Source: Escherichia phage atuna. Taken from it: a stretch of DNA of 50,732 bases. Both the position numbers and the translations under genes were made by a program. Shown one piece after another: positions 47,433 through 50,732 of this stretch (the first letter of the stretch is position 1; every line of letters begins with the position of its first letter). The notes below the pieces were generated by a model. The model saw only the letters and a list, made by a program, of their open reading frames with translations. It was not told the DNA's origin and ran no database searches. The DNA is taken from sequence record NC_049819.1. One strand, 5' to 3'.

Positions 47433-47650
47433 TAAACAGTGAAAACCGTTACAAAGTAACGCATTCTACCACAAAGACTTTCAAGCCTGGCGATATAGTC
47501 AGGCCCATCAAAAAAACGGCGGTAGGTTGGCTGATTGGTTTTTCATATCATAAGGCGCTTTACTTTACGTTTAAGGATGGGATTACAGGAGAATGCTACA
47601 GCGACCGCCAGCCTGATCGACTTCTGGTTGCAATAGAGCGGATCAAATAG
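47429..47650 (+). CDS. Hypothetical early protein (73 aa)
   Basis: ORF, ATGA coupling. Confidence 0.45.
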   Translation: MINSENRYKVTHSTTKTFKPGDIVRPIKKTAVGWLIGFSYHKALYFTFKDGITGECYSDRQPDRLLVAIERIK

Positions 47651-47665
47651 CACTTTTTGACAAAA
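47646..47665 (+). promoter_or_regulatory. Motif variant (AATAGCACTTTTTGACAAAA) + hairpin upstream of P-loop NTPase operon
   Basis: Variant creates exact TTGACA; hairpin tgggccgttaaaatttacggccca follows. Confidence 0.55.
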
Positions 47666-47718
47666 CGGGGTAGTATTGGGCCGTTAAAATTTACGGCCCA
47701 CAAAGGAGAAGCTAACGA

Positions 47719-49299
47719 ATGTTTTCATTAGAAACGAACAAATTAACTCCACAGCAAATAATCGCTATGGCTGAAAGCCAGAACCTTTCACCAGTTCGCG
47801 TATCAATTCAGGCTAACGGCTATCGCCAGTCGTCCAGCTTTTGGGGCGACGTGAAGGATGTAAATAGCGGTCACGATCGCTACCCCGTAATTTCTCTTGG
47901 TAATGATATTGATGTTGTCGGCAAGCTATCACGCAGTATTGCGCGATCCGTTCAATTCCCTGAATCATCGGCTTACATGCACTTTATCGGCTGCATTTCT
48001 GCCGCCATGCTTGGACGCTTTACGGTTGACTATCACGGGACCGATCAGCCGACTGCGCTTTACGTAGTTACAAGCCAGCCGCCGTCAACTGGTAAATCTG
48101 CGATCAACAGTATGGCTATTGCTCCGATGATTGCGGAAGTTGAGAAGATCAACGAGCAACGCCGCAAGGAAAGAAAGAAAATACAGGCAAAGTTGGCAGG
48201 TCTTGCAAAGGAGATGAAAAGCGAAAGATCAGGCGCTGATATGGAATCTCTATACCAGGAAAAAGAGGATCTGGAGGAGAAGCTGGAAAAGATGTGTGAT
48301 ATAACTTTCCCTGTTTCAGATACAACTCCAGAAGGCTTGGCAAAAATCAACAACAAGCAAGGTAACTTTGCCGTAATATCTGACGAAGCAACAAGTATTA
48401 ACAGTCTGTTAGGCTTGACCTATGCCAATAGCGAAAGGAAGACTAACAGTGAGCTAGTGCTTAAGGCGTGGGATAATGGTCACGTATCAATTGCCCGTGC
48501 TAATGCTGACAATAACATGAGTTTTCGCGCGCTTGGATGTATGAGCGTTATAGCCCAGGATGAAACGATAAGCGGAATCATGGATGCTGGATCTCGCGGT
48601 ATCGGTGTGAGTGAGCGCTTTTTGTTGGTCCGTGAGGAATCATTCTTAGGCCGTCGCTCATTCATTGATGAAAATGGTGATTCTACCTATGAGGCGGTGG
48701 ATCCTGAATTGAAGGCCCAATATTATCAATTGGTGCATAACATCATGAGCGAATCAAATATATCGCTGAAAATAAGCCGTTCAGCTATGCGAGTGCTCAA
48801 CATTGCTCGCCAGGATATGGAACCGCATCTTGCAGACGGCGGAAAGTATTCTCATACAATGTTACGCGGTGCGCTGGGTAAAATGGATAAACAGGTGATC
48901 AGGCTTGCTTCCGTCCTGCATGTTATCCGCAACTGGTTTAATCCTGCCGGATACCCGCAGAAGTCGAAAGAGATCGACGTGGAAACAATGCAAGAGGCGC
49001 TGATCATGTTTCAGGAATTGAGCAAAACATACATTAGCGCCGCCAATGCTTCTGGTTATGCTGGTGATGATGCTGAAATGGGTAAATTGATTGAATTGAT
49101 CACTAGACACGGCAAGGCTAATAAAGGGATTCTGAATATCCGCGCCCTGTACGAATCAGCGAGAAAGGTAAAACCTTTCGTTGGTCAGGCTGGCGTAATG
49201 AAGAGGATAGAGGGGCACTTGCTGCCAATGCTGGAAGAAAGAAATTATGTTTGCGTGATTAATGGTGTTATTTTTGTCAATCCAATACTGCTGGGATGA
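47719..49299 (+). CDS. P-loop NTPase-like protein of unknown function (526 aa)
   Basis: Degenerate Walker A PPSTGKS and Walker B-like FAVISDEAT; internal coiled-coil; largest early-arm gene. Confidence 0.55.
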   Translation: MFSLETNKLTPQQIIAMAESQNLSPVRVSIQANGYRQSSSFWGDVKDVNSGHDRYPVISLGNDIDVVGKLSRSIARSVQFPESSAYMHFIGCISAAMLGRFTVDYHGTDQPTALYVVTSQPPSTGKSAINSMAIAPMIAEVEKINEQRRKERKKIQAKLAGLAKEMKSERSGADMESLYQEKEDLEEKLEKMCDITFPVSDTTPEGLAKINNKQGNFAVISDEATSINSLLGLTYANSERKTNSELVLKAWDNGHVSIARANADNNMSFRALGCMSVIAQDETISGIMDAGSRGIGVSERFLLVREESFLGRRSFIDENGDSTYEAVDPELKAQYYQLVHNIMSESNISLKISRSAMRVLNIARQDMEPHLADGGKYSHTMLRGALGKMDKQVIRLASVLHVIRNWFNPAGYPQKSKEIDVETMQEALIMFQELSKTYISAANASGYAGDDAEMGKLIELITRHGKANKGILNIRALYESARKVKPFVGQAGVMKRIEGHLLPMLEERNYVCVINGVIFVNPILLG

Positions 49300-49691
49300 T
49301 TATGTTTTTGCTTGATCTGTATAAATGGTGTGAGTCATACGACTGGTTTAACAGGCAGCACATAGCCAAATTTATCTATCAGCATAGAGAATGTGAGCGG
49401 CTCGCACGGGCCGCCGGACTTACTCCGCGAATGTTCTCCAGCCTTACATCTAAGGAATTTTGCGCAAGAATGATGACGGCTGGCTATATAGATGGGGTCT
49501 GCGGTAAATACTGGTCCAAAGGATCGTCAAAGCGGCCTTTCGGATTCGAATTGTATAGCCTGGATGGTATGCGCAACGACTGGGTCAGGGATATGGCTAG
49601 AATAGGGGAGATGGGCGATGATGAATTGTTCCAGGCAAAAGCTAATAGACAAGATCTTGAAGCACTGCGCCGTAAATTCAATATCACATGA
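49296..49691 (+). CDS. Hypothetical protein (131 aa), coupled to P-loop NTPase gene
   Basis: Start overlaps upstream stop (ATGA). Confidence 0.45.
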   Translation: MIMFLLDLYKWCESYDWFNRQHIAKFIYQHRECERLARAAGLTPRMFSSLTSKEFCARMMTAGYIDGVCGKYWSKGSSKRPFGFELYSLDGMRNDWVRDMARIGEMGDDELFQAKANRQDLEALRRKFNIT

Positions 49692-49807
49692 GGATTTTAT
49701 TCATGCTTTACTTACGCTACTTTATTCAGATATGCGCGCTTTTAGCACCACTGAACATGTTTTATGCAATGATGATGGTGTATTACTGGTTACGGTAAAG
49801 CGTATGG

Positions 49808-49827
49808 AATAGCATTTTTTGTTAAAA
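49808..49827 (+). promoter_or_regulatory. Motif variant (AATAGCATTTTTTGTTAAAA) + hairpin + leader CATCGAAACGAAAT
   Basis: Hairpin cgcccggcctagtgtcgggt is the inverted counterpart of the hairpin at 2300-2318. Confidence 0.55.
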
Positions 49828-49888
49828 CGCCCGGCCTAGTGTCGGGTATATTTGTTTCATCGAAACGAAATAACCAAAAGGTAAAATT

Positions 49889-50113
49889 ATGTCCAGCAAG
49901 TTTTTAGTAGTTCGCGTATATAATCATGACAACGGATCTTCTGCTGAAATCCCGACAATTTATGACAGGGATTTTGGATGGAGTGAGCAATCGGCTGTTG
50001 AAAATGAGCGCAAGATTGCAGAAATGTATGGCGACACTTGCAGCATTGAAGTAAGGCAGTACGACGAATCGAACAAGCCAACAAACGAAACTCATATGTG
50101 GCCCGACGCATAA
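49889..50113 (+). CDS. Hypothetical early protein (74 aa)
   Basis: ORF with SD aaaagg; last gene of rightward arm. Confidence 0.45.
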   Translation: MSSKFLVVRVYNHDNGSSAEIPTIYDRDFGWSEQSAVENERKIAEMYGDTCSIEVRQYDESNKPTNETHMWPDA

Positions 50114-50135
50114 AAATAAAGGAGGCATTAAGCCT
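50103..50135. terminator. Bidirectional terminator between rightward early arm and spanin gene
   Basis: A-run, aaggaggcattaagcctcctt hairpin, T-run. Confidence 0.7.
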
Positions 50136-50523
50136 CCTTTTTCTTTTCTCTCCAGTAAAGACAAATCAGCACAATTAACACAACCACGCATATGATTACC
50201 GGATCGTACCATCTGCCGTTATTACCCTGCACGACCTGAATTTTGTCTGCCTTGATGGTATTGGCCTGAATGGTTGATGTTGTGAAATCCTTCTTGCTGG
50301 ACGTGTCCACCTTGTCAACCGCAGATTCCTTTATTGTGGTTTTCTGTTTTGTGCTGGCGTCCTGCTTTGCTGTAATGCCAACTGTCTGCTTCACGTTCTC
50401 CGCGCCAGCCTGTGCTGTGATTTCCGGCTTACTGCCGATTAATCCGGTCAGTGGCGTAACGCTTGAACATCCAGACAAGATCACCGCCATTGCGATTGGT
50501 GTAAGTAAAAATTTCTTCATCAT
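50128..50523 (-). CDS. Unimolecular spanin (outer-membrane lipoprotein with C-terminal transmembrane anchor)
   Basis: Signal peptide with lipobox LSGC ([19 protein letters not shown]), Ser/Thr/Lys-rich linker, C-terminal [19 protein letters not shown] then basic tail; start overlaps endolysin stop (ATGA). Confidence 0.7.
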   Translation of the reverse strand: MMKKFLLTPIAMAVILSGCSSVTPLTGLIGSKPEITAQAGAENVKQTVGITAKQDASTKQKTTIKESAVDKVDTSSKKDFTTSTIQANTIKADKIQVVQGNNGRWYDPVIICVVVLIVLICLYWREKKKEA

Positions 50524-50732
50524 TTCAGATCCATTGTGCAATATTTGTATTCGACCTTGCGCCTGTTAAGTAAGCCTTTAGACTTCTCGCGCCTTCCTGT
50601 TTTGGGGTTATGGTAATACGTCCAACGATAAAGCTGATCGCAAGCCTCGTTTAATTTCCCCTGGTTGATGAGTTTCAGCATTGTTGAATTTCTGAAAGCT
50701 CCCACGCCTGCATTATAAGTGAATGAGTACAT
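50520..50732 (-). CDS. Endolysin, C-terminal 70 codons (continuation of ORF at 1-279 across the window junction)
   Basis: Translation [36 protein letters not shown] matches C-terminal lobe of T4/P22/P21-type lysozymes; in frame with 1-279 when the window is circularised. Confidence 0.8.
   Translation of the reverse strand: MYSFTYNAGVGAFRNSTMLKLINQGKLNEACDQLYRWTYYHNPKTGRREKSKGLLNRRKVEYKYCTMDLK

Noticed and set aside
49618-49812. ORF 49618-49812 (64 aa)
   Set aside because: Its first 74 nt overlap gene 49296-49691 out of frame and only a 26-codon Met-initiated tail would remain; its stop does fall inside the motif like other genes, so a short coupled ORF cannot be excluded, but it is not annotated.

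Overview
This 50,732-bp window appears to be a complete, circularly permuted genome of a virulent T1-like (Drexlerviridae-type) siphophage. The window is opened inside the endolysin gene: the minus-strand reading frame runs off position 1 and continues in frame at 50732. No integrase, repressor, tRNA or CRISPR array was seen. Gene content and order, read along the minus strand, are: lysis cassette (pinholin-like holin, SAR-type GH24 endolysin, unimolecular spanin); HTH-fused metallophosphoesterase; Dam-type N6-adenine methyltransferase; VRR-NUC nuclease; SF2 helicase; (plus strand) HTH protein, zinc-ribbon primase-like protein, tail fibre with C-terminal S74 intramolecular-chaperone domain; SSB, Erf-like annealing protein, exonuclease; lipoprotein (possible superinfection exclusion); J-like central tail fibre; HNH-AP2 homing endonuclease inserted between tail genes; lambda-like I/K/L/M, tape measure, G/T chaperones with a -1 frameshift site, major tail protein; neck proteins; major capsid, scaffold, portal, terminase; then two divergent arms of small early genes (34.1-42.1 kb minus strand, 42.8-50.1 kb plus strand). 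The most striking non-coding signal is a 20-bp motif AATAGCACTTTTTGTTAAAA present in at least 21 intergenic copies, usually followed by a hairpin, a -10-like hexamer and a conserved leader CATCGAAACGA. The second is a pair of diverged, strand-skewed A+C-rich elements in the two large non-coding regions. Candidate accessory genes of interest are an early P-loop NTPase operon, a compact C5-cytosine-methyltransferase-like protein coupled to an acidic protein, and the HTH-phosphoesterase. All functional calls come from motifs I could read in the translations plus synteny; no database search was run.
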